Shown here one piece after another: positions 20,817 through 30,600 of a stretch of DNA of 64,000 nucleotides; the stretch's first letter is position 1, and every line of letters starts with the position of its first letter. The DNA is from Bacteroidia bacterium. Its GTDB lineage: Bacteria > Bacteroidota > Bacteroidia > NS11-12g > UBA9320. The stretch is taken from positions 640,001-704,000 of the forward strand of contig CBDCFW010000005.1 of assembly GCA_965216465.1 (NCBI GenBank), written 5' to 3'. Under the pieces are notes generated by a model, which worked only from the letters and a program-made list of their open reading frames with translations, made no database searches and was not told where the DNA came from. Made by a program: the position numbers and the translations under genes.

Positions 20817-21566
20817 ATGCTAAGAACTGTAATTGTCATATCACTATGCTTACTCCTTTCCTGCAACGCACCTATAACTTCGAGGCATTACAAACTGAAT
20901 AACTACAGTTGGAATGATTTAAAACGCTACCAACTTAGGGGCCCTGTAAAAAGCTTTAAAGAAACACATTACAGTGTATTTCTTGGCGACACAACTGTTG
21001 CATATAACCCTCACTTCTACAATTTTGACAAAAATGGTTTAAGGCTAAACTATTTCGTGTTTTACGACAGCACTCCTACGCTCCACACACAATTTAAACA
21101 TGTAATTAAAGATGGTTTGCTCTTAAAATCTTATCAGGTAGATGACTGCAATTCTAACTTCCAATATCGCTATTCGAACAACAGGTTAGACAGCTTGTTT
21201 TTCTATATAGCAGATGACGACACCAGTGCATTGGTTGAATGTTCCATTTACGCGTACGATAGTGATTCAAGAATCACCGAAATCAAGCAAATATCAGACA
21301 CAAACCTAACCTTTGTTCATTTTGTTAGAGACTCTTTAGACCGGTTGGTACGTGAGGAATGGCGTGGACACAACCCATCTAATCGTGGGTTTAATGAATA
21401 TGGCGATATGATTTATTATGCAAGAACATTTGATAATGGCCTGTACGATTCAACCCAATACATTTTCACCTACGACAGTGTTGGCAATTGGGTTTCTAAG
21501 CGTTCATTGCGCCTAGGTCAGCAAGAATCCTCCTTTTGGACCATTCGTGAATTTGTGTACTGGTAA
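20817..21566 (+). CDS. Hypothetical lipoprotein with YD-like repeats
   Basis: LLLSC lipobox. LRGPVKS..E and YDSVGNW motifs typical of Bacteroidetes YD-like lipoproteins. Confidence 0.7.
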   Translation: MLRTVIVISLCLLLSCNAPITSRHYKLNNYSWNDLKRYQLRGPVKSFKETHYSVFLGDTTVAYNPHFYNFDKNGLRLNYFVFYDSTPTLHTQFKHVIKDGLLLKSYQVDDCNSNFQYRYSNNRLDSLFFYIADDDTSALVECSIYAYDSDSRITEIKQISDTNLTFVHFVRDSLDRLVREEWRGHNPSNRGFNEYGDMIYYARTFDNGLYDSTQYIFTYDSVGNWVSKRSLRLGQQESSFWTIREFVYW

Positions 21567-21626
21567 GACGCCTTTTAAAATTCTCGAATTGCTGCAATTA
21601 GTATCCACATCCGGTGGGCACTTTAT

Positions 21627-22577
21627 CTAAACACTCACAACCACCTTCCCCTTCGTTCTCATATTTTCAATGTAGGAAATTGCATCGGGCAAATCTTCAA
21701 AAGGATATGTCTTCTCTATAAAGGGTTTGATTTGTCCTTCTTGCGTCCAACTTGCAAGTTTTTGAAGATCTTTAACCTTACATTTTTGAGTGAATGATTT
21801 GATATCAAACTTCGATAAGCTACCTCTTATCATGGTGGTCATCATATTCGACATGGTGGTAAATCCAATTAAAATACCTCTTCCCTTTGGAGCTAGCAAT
21901 CGTTTAAAGTCTTTGAAGTTCATATTGCCATGGGTGTCAAGAATTAAGTCATATTGACCGTTGTGTTCATGAATAGACTCCTGCTGGTAATTGATTACAT
22001 GGTCTGCACCTAGCGATCGAGCAAAATCAACTTTACCGCCACTGCATACTGCAGTTACATCTGCTCCCATGGCTTTGGCAATTTGAACAGCAAAATGGCC
22101 TACTCCCCCTGTCGATCCGTTAACAAGTACGTGTTCTCCCACTTGAAGTTTGCCGTTTTCCTCCAAACCTTGAAGTGCAGTCATAGCTGCTATACCTAAA
22201 CAAGCTGCATCTTCATAACTGACATTTTCTGGAATACGAGCGATGTTCTCAACTGACACGGCATGTTGTTCAGCAAAGCTTCCTTGAAATGATTCTCCAA
22301 AAACACGATCACCAACTTTATATTGAGCTACTTCACTTCCTACTTCTAGAACTTCACCTGAAAAGTCAGCTCCTAAGATAGGATTCTTTGGACGCATCAG
22401 TCCTGTACTAAACCGTACAAAAAAGGGTGAAGCACGCATTACATGCCAATCAGCCGGGTTAACTGAAACAGCTTTGACTTCAATTAAAACTTCATTCGGT
22501 TTAATTGTTGGTTGAGGCCAATCTACCAACTCAAAATTTGTTGAACTTCCATAACTTTTGAGGATGTGTGCTTTCAT
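21627..22577 (-). CDS. NAD(P)-dependent medium-chain dehydrogenase/quinone oxidoreductase (zinc-independent MDR)
   Basis: SVNPADW, GADFSGEV, NGSTGGVG and GKVVV motifs. Likely start MKAHI at 22577. Confidence 0.9.
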   Translation of the reverse strand: MKAHILKSYGSSTNFELVDWPQPTIKPNEVLIEVKAVSVNPADWHVMRASPFFVRFSTGLMRPKNPILGADFSGEVLEVGSEVAQYKVGDRVFGESFQGSFAEQHAVSVENIARIPENVSYEDAACLGIAAMTALQGLEENGKLQVGEHVLVNGSTGGVGHFAVQIAKAMGADVTAVCSGGKVDFARSLGADHVINYQQESIHEHNGQYDLILDTHGNMNFKDFKRLLAPKGRGILIGFTTMSNMMTTMIRGSLSKFDIKSFTQKCKVKDLQKLASWTQEGQIKPFIEKTYPFEDLPDAISYIENMRTKGKVVVSV

Positions 22578-22781
22578 TGGGTGAAAGATCAAGTGTGATC
22601 AAGTGTGGAACAAATCTTATTGACCAACTCTTTTACCAACTCGATAGAACTTCCACCTAATTTATTTGTACTTGCAACCAACTTCAATGACAACTGAACT
22701 TTCTATAAGAATTGGAGGAAGTGGTTCACTTGGTAGCCTTTCTATGTTGCTTAATTTCCCTATACTATATATTATTGCTCT

Positions 22782-23360
22782 ATGAAAATCTTTAGACCCC
22801 TATTACGTATTTCCCTTATTCTACTATTCTTAGTTGCTGTTACTGCATTTCAATCAAATGAAGAATATATTGAAGGAATTTACCCTACCCATCTATCCTA
22901 TAAAAATAAAAAAGTTAAAGATGTGGGTACGTCACTTTATTCAGGAAAGAAGCAGGTTGGATTTAAGCTCAATGGCAAAAAAACCAAGTATACGGCTTCT
23001 GATATATGGGGTTATGCATATGAAGGTGAGGACTATCGATTCATGGAGGATAAATTGAGCTATGTGATTCTAATTCCTGCTGAGAATGAGAGGCAAATTG
23101 CTTGGTACTTGTGGTGGAGCAACAATATCCATCGCAATGATTCTGGGGATGTTACTGGAATTACTGTCAATGGTGGGCAGTGGAAGGGTTATTTATCAAG
23201 AGGATCAGATGGTCAAGGCGTCACTTTCAACTCTAAAAATTTAATTAGCTTAATGAAGGACCGCCCAAAAATTGTCGCCGCTTACAAGAAAGACAAGGAA
23301 CATTATTATGTAAAAACCTTAAAGTACGTGACACTCTATAACGAAAGTTTTAAAGACTAA
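22782..23360 (+). CDS. Hypothetical secreted protein
   Basis: N-terminal signal-like segment and IWGY motif. No family recognised. Confidence 0.6.
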   Translation: MKIFRPLLRISLILLFLVAVTAFQSNEEYIEGIYPTHLSYKNKKVKDVGTSLYSGKKQVGFKLNGKKTKYTASDIWGYAYEGEDYRFMEDKLSYVILIPAENERQIAWYLWWSNNIHRNDSGDVTGITVNGGQWKGYLSRGSDGQGVTFNSKNLISLMKDRPKIVAAYKKDKEHYYVKTLKYVTLYNESFKD

Positions 23361-23548
23361 TCAGCTCAAACCCCAGCAAACTCCTCAATACTAACTTGTG
23401 GCTTACCTAGATGACCCCAAGTTTTCTTTGAAACTTGCTCTTCCTTTTGCTGCTCAACATAGGATAGCATATGCTCCATATAGTCTTCATACTCTATGCT
23501 CGGCAAACCAATGTGTCTGACTGTTTCATACTATTGTTCTTCAAATTT

Positions 23549-24097
23549 CTAAAATAAGTATGTTATTGTGATGCTAGTCCAACTATTACTTAATCTATTC
23601 CACTTCGAACTGTTTGAGATATTTCTAAACCCAGCATTATATGCTGCACCTAACTGAATATTATTGGTTATTTGATATCCGACAGCTACAGGAACTCCAT
23701 AGTCGTCGTTCTTCAACTCTTCTTTGTCTAGATTTTCTCCCTCTGCAACCAATAAAATATCGGCAAATATGCCCGTCGCTACACTTAATTTTTCGTTGAC
23801 TTTATACTTTATCATAATTGGCATATTTAGATAGCCAAGTTCAATTTCTGACACATTCTCATTTCGCTCTTCTCCACGTTGAGAGTACAAGAAGTTAGAC
23901 TGCAACGAGTACTTGTCTGAGAATTTCCAATCCCAATAGAGTCCTCCTGTAAAGCCTGTTAATCTACTACCATTGTATTGTGAAATTGACGAAGAACTAA
24001 CCCCTGCCATAATTCCAAAGACATTCTGTTTTGCTTCTACCTGTGCAAATACTTGGGATGAAACAAGCATGATAAATATGATAACTGTTTTTTTCAC
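23549..24097 (-). CDS. PorT-like/porin-family outer-membrane beta-barrel
   Basis: FGIMAG, LYSQRG and YLNMPIMIKY motifs. C-terminal YLF beta-signal. Confidence 0.85.
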   Translation of the reverse strand: MKKTVIIFIMLVSSQVFAQVEAKQNVFGIMAGVSSSSISQYNGSRLTGFTGGLYWDWKFSDKYSLQSNFLYSQRGEERNENVSEIELGYLNMPIMIKYKVNEKLSVATGIFADILLVAEGENLDKEELKNDDYGVPVAVGYQITNNIQLGAAYNAGFRNISNSSKWNRLSNSWTSITITYLF

Positions 24098-24331
24098 TCT
24101 CTGATGCTTAAAAAATCACCTTTGGATGTACTCAGTTTGGTCATATACGAAAACAACAAAACACAGTTTTCCTCAGAGAGCTTATATTTAGATTTAAGTT
24201 GTTGTCGGATCGAACTCATATAAAACCCAAAGATAAGTCAAGACTTTTAGTGTTTCTTTTGTTTTAAGGGAGTACAAAAGCATCAACTCTATAATTGATA
24301 AGCTTGTTGAGCGGCTGTAAAGTAATAGATT

Positions 24332-24742
24332 TTAAGAACGAATATTCACTGCCTTAAGTCCTTTCTCAGACTTTTCAACGTCGAACTCAACTTTTTGACC
24401 TTTTTCTACCGGACTTTTCGCATCCGAAATGTGAAAATATAAGTCTCCCAACTTTCCACTTGCCTTAATAAACCCGAACCCTTTTTCTTGATCTAAGAAT
24501 TTAACATAGCCTTTGTAAACTCGGCCTTCAGATTTTTTGGTGTTACTGAGTTCGATCAATTGATCTGCATCGGCTTCTATCGTTTCTGGTTTGGTTTCAG
24601 TGAAATTTCCGTACGCATCAACATACATAATTACTTCTGATTGTTTACCCTCTGCACGACGTTCTGCCTTGCGTTGTTCTTTTTCTTTCTTTTTTTGAGC
24701 TTTTTTCTTTTCTCGCTCCTTTTTGCTAAAACTATCTGCCAT
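24332..24742 (-). CDS. Cold-shock domain protein with Bacteroidetes Lys/Glu-rich N-terminal extension
   Basis: MADSFSKKEREKKK..YVDAYGN N-terminus. KGFGFI (RNP1) and LYFH (RNP2). Confidence 0.9.
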   Translation of the reverse strand: MADSFSKKEREKKKAQKKKEKEQRKAERRAEGKQSEVIMYVDAYGNFTETKPETIEADADQLIELSNTKKSEGRVYKGYVKFLDQEKGFGFIKASGKLGDLYFHISDAKSPVEKGQKVEFDVEKSEKGLKAVNIRS

Positions 24743-24789
24743 ATAACAATATGACATGGCCAACAGATGTTGACCATGCCAAAATTTAA

Positions 24790-24981
24790 TTAAATCTTCT
24801 TTACGTTCGTAGCGTTTGGGCCTTTCTTTCCTTCTTCCACCTCAAACTCCACGCGATCGTTCTCATAAACATCTTGAGTAAGACCACTTTGATGAACGAA
24901 GATGTCTTTACCTCCATTATCAGGTTTAATAAATCCAAACCCTTTGGTCTGGTCAAAAAATTTAACAGTTCCTATTTCCAT
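24790..24981 (-). CDS. Cold-shock protein (CspA family), 63 aa
   Basis: MEIGTVKFFDQTKGFGFI..DIFVHQSG..GKKGPNATNV. True start is the ATG at 24981. Confidence 0.95.
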   Translation of the reverse strand: MEIGTVKFFDQTKGFGFIKPDNGGKDIFVHQSGLTQDVYENDRVEFEVEEGKKGPNATNVKKI

Positions 24982-25460
24982 TAATTGAATAAAATTATAT
25001 TGTCTTAAATCGGTAAGACAAAGTGTGTAATAAAAGTTATGGATCCGATCACCCCATTCGGAAATCATTCTAGACCCTGAATTCCCATTCTTGAATTCAG
25101 TAGAATTGTTTCCCTTTAGCTAAAATTTAGGATTGAACATCCGAGGTGACGGAGGACAACAGAATGAATTCCTGCTAAACGTGAACAATAATAGCAATAT
25201 TAATCCATCTCTCTAGGTTTGACCGAAAAGAAATGGTCTTAAGTGTGCCGATGCTACTTCGATTTTATTCAAAGTAAAGGTTACAAGGGGCTAAGTAAGT
25301 AGGATAAAGCGACGCTTATTAACTGATTGTGTGCTAAAAATCTCCTTTATAATAATTATTGTGATCACTTTTTTACGAATCGTTAATCTCCCTATTATTT
25401 ATAAGGTATTTGATTGCTTTAGACCAAATTCTTTTAATTTGATTCATATACATTTGAAAC

Positions 25461-25961
25461 ATGGACATACTGAAATTTGCAACCGACTGGGCTAAAGCTG
25501 AGGTCTTTTCTTCTAAATTTTTCATTTTGGCTGGAGTTTTATTTCTATTAGCATCAGCCGGATTCTGGCAACTGGGCAAGACAGAGTTCGCCAAGGCCTA
25601 TATCGTACCCACCTTGGTAGCCGGAATACTAATTTTAGCTGTAGGTACAGGCATATTTTATGCCAATAAAACAAGAGTAACCAGTTTTGTTGAGGCCTAC
25701 AATAAAGATTCTGTAGAGTTTGTTAAATCTGAAATAGAAAGAACAGAAAAATCATTAAACGAGTATCGAACCATTGTGTTTAAGGTAATTCCGTTCATTA
25801 TCTTAATAGCCTCAATGCTCATAGTTTTATTGAACCAACCTGGATGGAGGGCCGCATGTATCACCATCATTGCGATGATGATTGTGATTATGCTCGTTGA
25901 CAGTAATGCAAATGCAAGGTTGCAAGAATACCGAGCCCAACTCGACCAAGTCATCGAATAA
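25461..25961 (+). CDS. Conserved hypothetical 4-TM membrane protein
   Basis: Four hydrophobic helices and a well-formed ORF. Confidence 0.7.
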   Translation: MDILKFATDWAKAEVFSSKFFILAGVLFLLASAGFWQLGKTEFAKAYIVPTLVAGILILAVGTGIFYANKTRVTSFVEAYNKDSVEFVKSEIERTEKSLNEYRTIVFKVIPFIILIASMLIVLLNQPGWRAACITIIAMMIVIMLVDSNANARLQEYRAQLDQVIE

Positions 25962-26001
25962 CTAAACATAACTTTTAAAACGTTATGCCGTTATACATAA
26001 G

Positions 26002-26925
26002 ATGAGGCTGATTGCATCTATCTTATTACTTATCTCTTATACCCTTGCTCAATCGCAGCAAGTTGATTCATTATATTGGAATGGAGAAAAGCACTATACT
26101 ACAAACAGTATCAACGACTTAAGGTCGGTTATCACAAACCAAACAAATCTTCCTGAAGGCAAATGGATTCTGTTAAACCGAGACAGCGTACCCTTGTATA
26201 AATGGAATGTAAAAGATGGAAATGTTCACGGGTATTTTTACGAATACTCCGGAACCAAGGTTTGCAACACCGGTCAGTATTCAAATGATTCTTTATGGAG
26301 CTTTCTAGGTCCTAAACGAACGGAAGATTTTAAGATTGGCAAATGGACAGAGTGCCTATCAACCTTTGATTCTAACGGAGTAAGATCTGGTGCAGAAGTT
26401 TATTATGACAAGTGGTATACCTGCTATGTTTCTGACCGAGTAACATTGTTAATTGATAGCATCGAAGGTCGCGGAACAATAGAGTCAAAGTTTCTTGGGC
26501 CGTTTGGAGCTCCTTCCGAAATTTATCAAGCCGCCGATACACTTAACACGCTCCTTCAACTCGATGAACAAATCCACTTGATGCAGTGTGCAGACAACGC
26601 TCTGAAATTTTATCTATTTAATGACATTCTTAAACAAAATGAGTACGAAGCCAAAAAGCTATTGTTGGCACATGCAAACGATTCAAGCTTAGTCTCTTTA
26701 CATCAAACCTGTGTGATGTACAACTCTAAACTCAACGCTATTCTCTTTGAGCGATATGCATACTTCATTCATAGAAAGTATGCCTTGGGTGGGAACATCA
26801 TTTTGGCTGGCGAACTCTATCCATTTCCAGAGAAAAATAAGAAGGTTTGGAAACAAAAAAGAAAAGAGTTAATTGAGCTTGCTAAAACCAACAAAATAGA
26901 TACTTCAAGCTTGGATTTCCTGTAA
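26002..26925 (+). CDS. Hypothetical secreted protein
   Basis: Signal peptide ending AQSQ. MORN-variant-like GxW/HGYFYEY segments. Confidence 0.6.
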   Translation: MRLIASILLLISYTLAQSQQVDSLYWNGEKHYTTNSINDLRSVITNQTNLPEGKWILLNRDSVPLYKWNVKDGNVHGYFYEYSGTKVCNTGQYSNDSLWSFLGPKRTEDFKIGKWTECLSTFDSNGVRSGAEVYYDKWYTCYVSDRVTLLIDSIEGRGTIESKFLGPFGAPSEIYQAADTLNTLLQLDEQIHLMQCADNALKFYLFNDILKQNEYEAKKLLLAHANDSSLVSLHQTCVMYNSKLNAILFERYAYFIHRKYALGGNIILAGELYPFPEKNKKVWKQKRKELIELAKTNKIDTSSLDFL

Positions 26926-26992
26926 GTAGAGTATTTGAAGGGTCCCTAATTTTTCGATTGTCGAACGAATCTAAAAAATTTGTCCAAAAGCA

Positions 26993-27642
26993 ATGACAGA
27001 GAGAAGAATTGATTGGCTGTATCACAGCCTAAGTTTAATTGTAGTTTTCATAGGCATCACAGCTGGATTTGTGCTGCAAAATAGGAAGGATGCAAAAGCA
27101 GATAGACTCCAGGAGAAAAGATACTTTGAGGTTTTGTGACTGAAATGGAGCAGGACGCAGAAAGTCTTCAAGACTATATCACAAATGACAGCACATGGTT
27201 CAAAGCCCAATACCCCAAAATCATATTGCTTGCAAAAGATTCGTTAAGTGAGGATTCAGCAATTGCACTCGTACAATCTATGCTTATGTTCTCAGAATTT
27301 AAGCCTCACAATGGAACATACACCAATATTATTAACTCAGGAGATCTAGGATTAATTCATGATTATCAGATTAGGGAACATGTGGTTGATTACTACAAAA
27401 CTACCACTGACTATCAACTTATAGATGAATACTTTCACAAGTTCAATACCGAAACTTTGATGCCCTATTTAGTTGAACACTATGATATTGTGTTAAATCA
27501 GTTTGCGAACCCAAACGGACACAAAGATCATCGTTTTAAAAATGTAGCGGTTGGATTTATGGCTTATAAACAACAGCGGTATGAAGGATTTTCTGAACTT
27601 TTAGAAGTCTGTGAGAAGACGTTATCCGTTTTAAAAGAATGA
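26993..27642 (+). pseudogene. DUF6090-like membrane-anchored protein broken by a 1-nt deletion near 27128-27131 (or a sequencing error)
   Basis: ATG 26993 gives MTERRIDWLYHSLSLIVVFIGITAGFVLQN..EKRYFEVL* (stop 27137-39). One extra G after GAG restores EKRYFEGFVTEMEQD, in frame with ORF 27136..27642 (TYTNIINSGDLGLI motif). Confidence 0.75.
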
Positions 27643-27654
27643 AAGATTCAAACA

Positions 27655-30600
27655 CTACCCATGTATTTGAGCTAGTATGGTCGGGTCTTTTATCTTATCA
27701 TCGTTTGAAAGCATACGCATCTTCGAAATAATTTCCGCAGACTTGGGATCGTCATCAACAAAAGGCAAAAATACTCGACCTCGATGTTGGCTGTGTACTG
27801 GAATAATTGATAAATGCAATCCTTGCTTTTGAATTAACCCACTGCCTAAATGAATACTGTAACTCCCTAGTTTGCCATCAATCTTGATATGCCTATCCGT
27901 AAACTCAACATTATTTAATTTAAATAATCTGGCACTTTCTTTAGCCAACACGGCACGCATTTCCATGCTCGAATGACTTGCTTCTGGATCAACAGCACCC
28001 ACATGGGCCACACTAACAACCAAGTCTATATCGCGCATCACCTCACTAAAAATTAAGGGGTCTACATCCTCAAGTTTTAAAGGTTTACCTAGTTTTTGAT
28101 CATAGAACTCAACAGTTTCAAGCGTTGGTGATTCAATTTCTGAAGGTGAGAACCAATCAGCCATGGAGTAAACCGTGGCCATAATTTTCTTGTTGTGATA
28201 GACCTTTTGTAAGCCTTCTTCGTAGCTTACCGTCCAAGCCCTAGAACGCAACAAAGCTACCGTCTTTTTAGCCTGTACTTGATGCCCTTGATAGCGATTT
28301 GATGCATTGCCACTTTCTTGCTCATTTTCAGTAATTAAATATAGCTCCCGGAAAATCTGCTTGAAAGGTTGCACCAATCGTTTTTCAAAAGCATGACGTT
28401 GATACAGATCCCACGATACCGAACGGTATAAATGCACCGGGTGTGCAATTATCAATTTATCTACCTCCGTTAAAGATAATGGCTTATTCTCCAGGTCTTC
28501 AACACGCTGATTGACCCAATACCCTGCTTGTCCAGATTCGGGGTGAAACAAAACCAACTTACTCAGCATGGCTTTCACCACCGGATGTGTCATCAGCTTG
28601 GCTATCTCAATTACGGTAAACTGATCACCATTCAGCATGGCATTTTCGAGTGACTTTCGCGTTCTATTGTACTGCTTTCTGAGATAGGTTTTATTCTTCT
28701 TAAGTTTCTCTAAATCTTTATCCTTTTTATACTTGGCTGGTATAGATTTTTGCTTCTTATCACCTTTTTGAACTAAGATCTCAGCTTTACCAAGGTCATC
28801 TACACGAAGCTCAAAAGTCACATCATCTTTCTTTAGCACCGAAGCTGCCATAATCTCCTCCATCGCCTTGGTTTCCATAGCCCAAGAAAATCGTGTGCGA
28901 TCAGCGTAACCTGCATTTCGAGCAAGATTATCAAGCGAGATTTCTACTGCTTTAGCTTCACTTTCTCTTCGCTGAGCACCAAACTGTTTGCTTTCAACTA
29001 AAAATGTTTGAAGTAAATCGTAACGCTTCAACACATCTTTTTCAGGATTACTTTTACTTAGTGAAATTAGCCCAAGAGCCTTAACATAATCTTTGTCTCT
29101 TTTCTCCTTAACCTTCTTTAAGGTCTCAGTAATTTTCACTTCGCCTAACATTACACTTGAGTACAATTTCACTTGTCGATGAGCGTTTCCGTCTGATATA
29201 TACTTTGCAGCATTGTGCAATACGGTCCAGTTTTTCTTTCCAATTGCACCGTAAGCCTCATGGAACCAATTGATATCTAATGCTCCATTTTCAAAATCTT
29301 GACTTTCGATTTGCGAGTAGCGTGCTACAATAGTTTCTTTTTCCGAGTTCATATAATCAGAAGCATGGGCATGAAACCACCAAACCGCTTTTTCGAGGGA
29401 TTTAATTTTTAAAAGCTCGCCTACGGGTTCTGCCCATTGTGGACAGTACATTGCTAGCTCAAGCCAGCGTTTACTCGTTATCTTTGATTGCTTTGCCTCA
29501 CGAATAAAATCTCCAACATCCTCATTTTCAGCCATTACAGATTTTTTCACCATTTGGCTAAACATATCTTTTGCCGACTTATCTCCACGGTAATAATACC
29601 CTCTACTAAAAGTATCTTTTCCAAGTCTATTTAGCATCTCGATGAGGTACTGAACTCCTTCTATACTATTCAAGCTAGACACATAATTGGTAGCTTCAGT
29701 AGCTACATCACCTCTTTTTAGCTCAATATCGAGCCATGTCTTTTTTTAGCGGTTCATACAAGTTTTTTTGATGCAATGTGAGAGTGGCTTCAGATCTGTT
29801 TGCTCTTCCTTCAAACTCATTCAAAACCGAATCGTCGATTAATGCCTGATAAAGCAGATCATCGTCGGAAATTAAACCTTCTTTGTGCAACGCTAGGGTA
29901 ACCCAGCTTGGCGGCATTTGTTCTGATCCGTGATAGTAACTACTTTGAGGTCTACGAACAGCCATTTCATTTACATTTAGCAGTTTTTTACGATGGCGTT
30001 GATCTACAAAGTACAAATAGCGTTTGAGGTCCCAATAGCGTTTCAACTTAGGAAGATCGTTTTTAATTTCTGTTAATCCGCTTGGGCTCGTGGGTAGATT
30101 TGACTCTAGAAAAACTGCCCAAGACATTTTCTCATTGTCCCATCCATATTCAATTGTAGTTCTCTTTAACCGGTCATCGGCATGAGCAATTGCAGATTCT
30201 AATAAATCGACATTAAACCTTGCCATTGTATTATGGTCGGCAAAGGCGTTATAAACAAAGGTCAATAGACTATCTACTCTGTTTTTCAAACTATTCCAGT
30301 AGTAGGCATTACGAGCAGGAATCTTTAACCCACTGATGGTGGGCACAAACCTTGACAAAAGCGTGCGATAATATTTCCGCTGATCTGATCCTGAATGCAT
30401 TTCATTGATATAGTGGATGGCCATAGACAATTCGAAATCGTTGAGTTTTGAATTTCGATACCATTCTTGCCATACCTCTGGCAGTGGTAACAATTCAAAC
30501 ACTTCTTCAGGTTCTAAGTTTTCAATCTTGTTGTGGCGAAGATGAAATCCATCTCCAATTAATGTTGTCTCTGTAGAACCATCCCAGCCTTCGTAAGTAT

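Noticed and set aside
24982-25068. N-terminal extension of the Csp given in the ORF track (likewise extended starts at 5199, 11104, 40624, 47379, 58200, 60364)
   Set aside because: Downstream ATGs give canonical N-termini or signal peptides, and in several cases fit -7 promoter boxes or ATGA overlaps.
29738-29750. Programmed -1 ribosomal frameshift at A-AAA-AAG
   Set aside because: Joining the ORFs needs +1. The heptamer is not phased for -1, and the -1 frame stops within a few codons.
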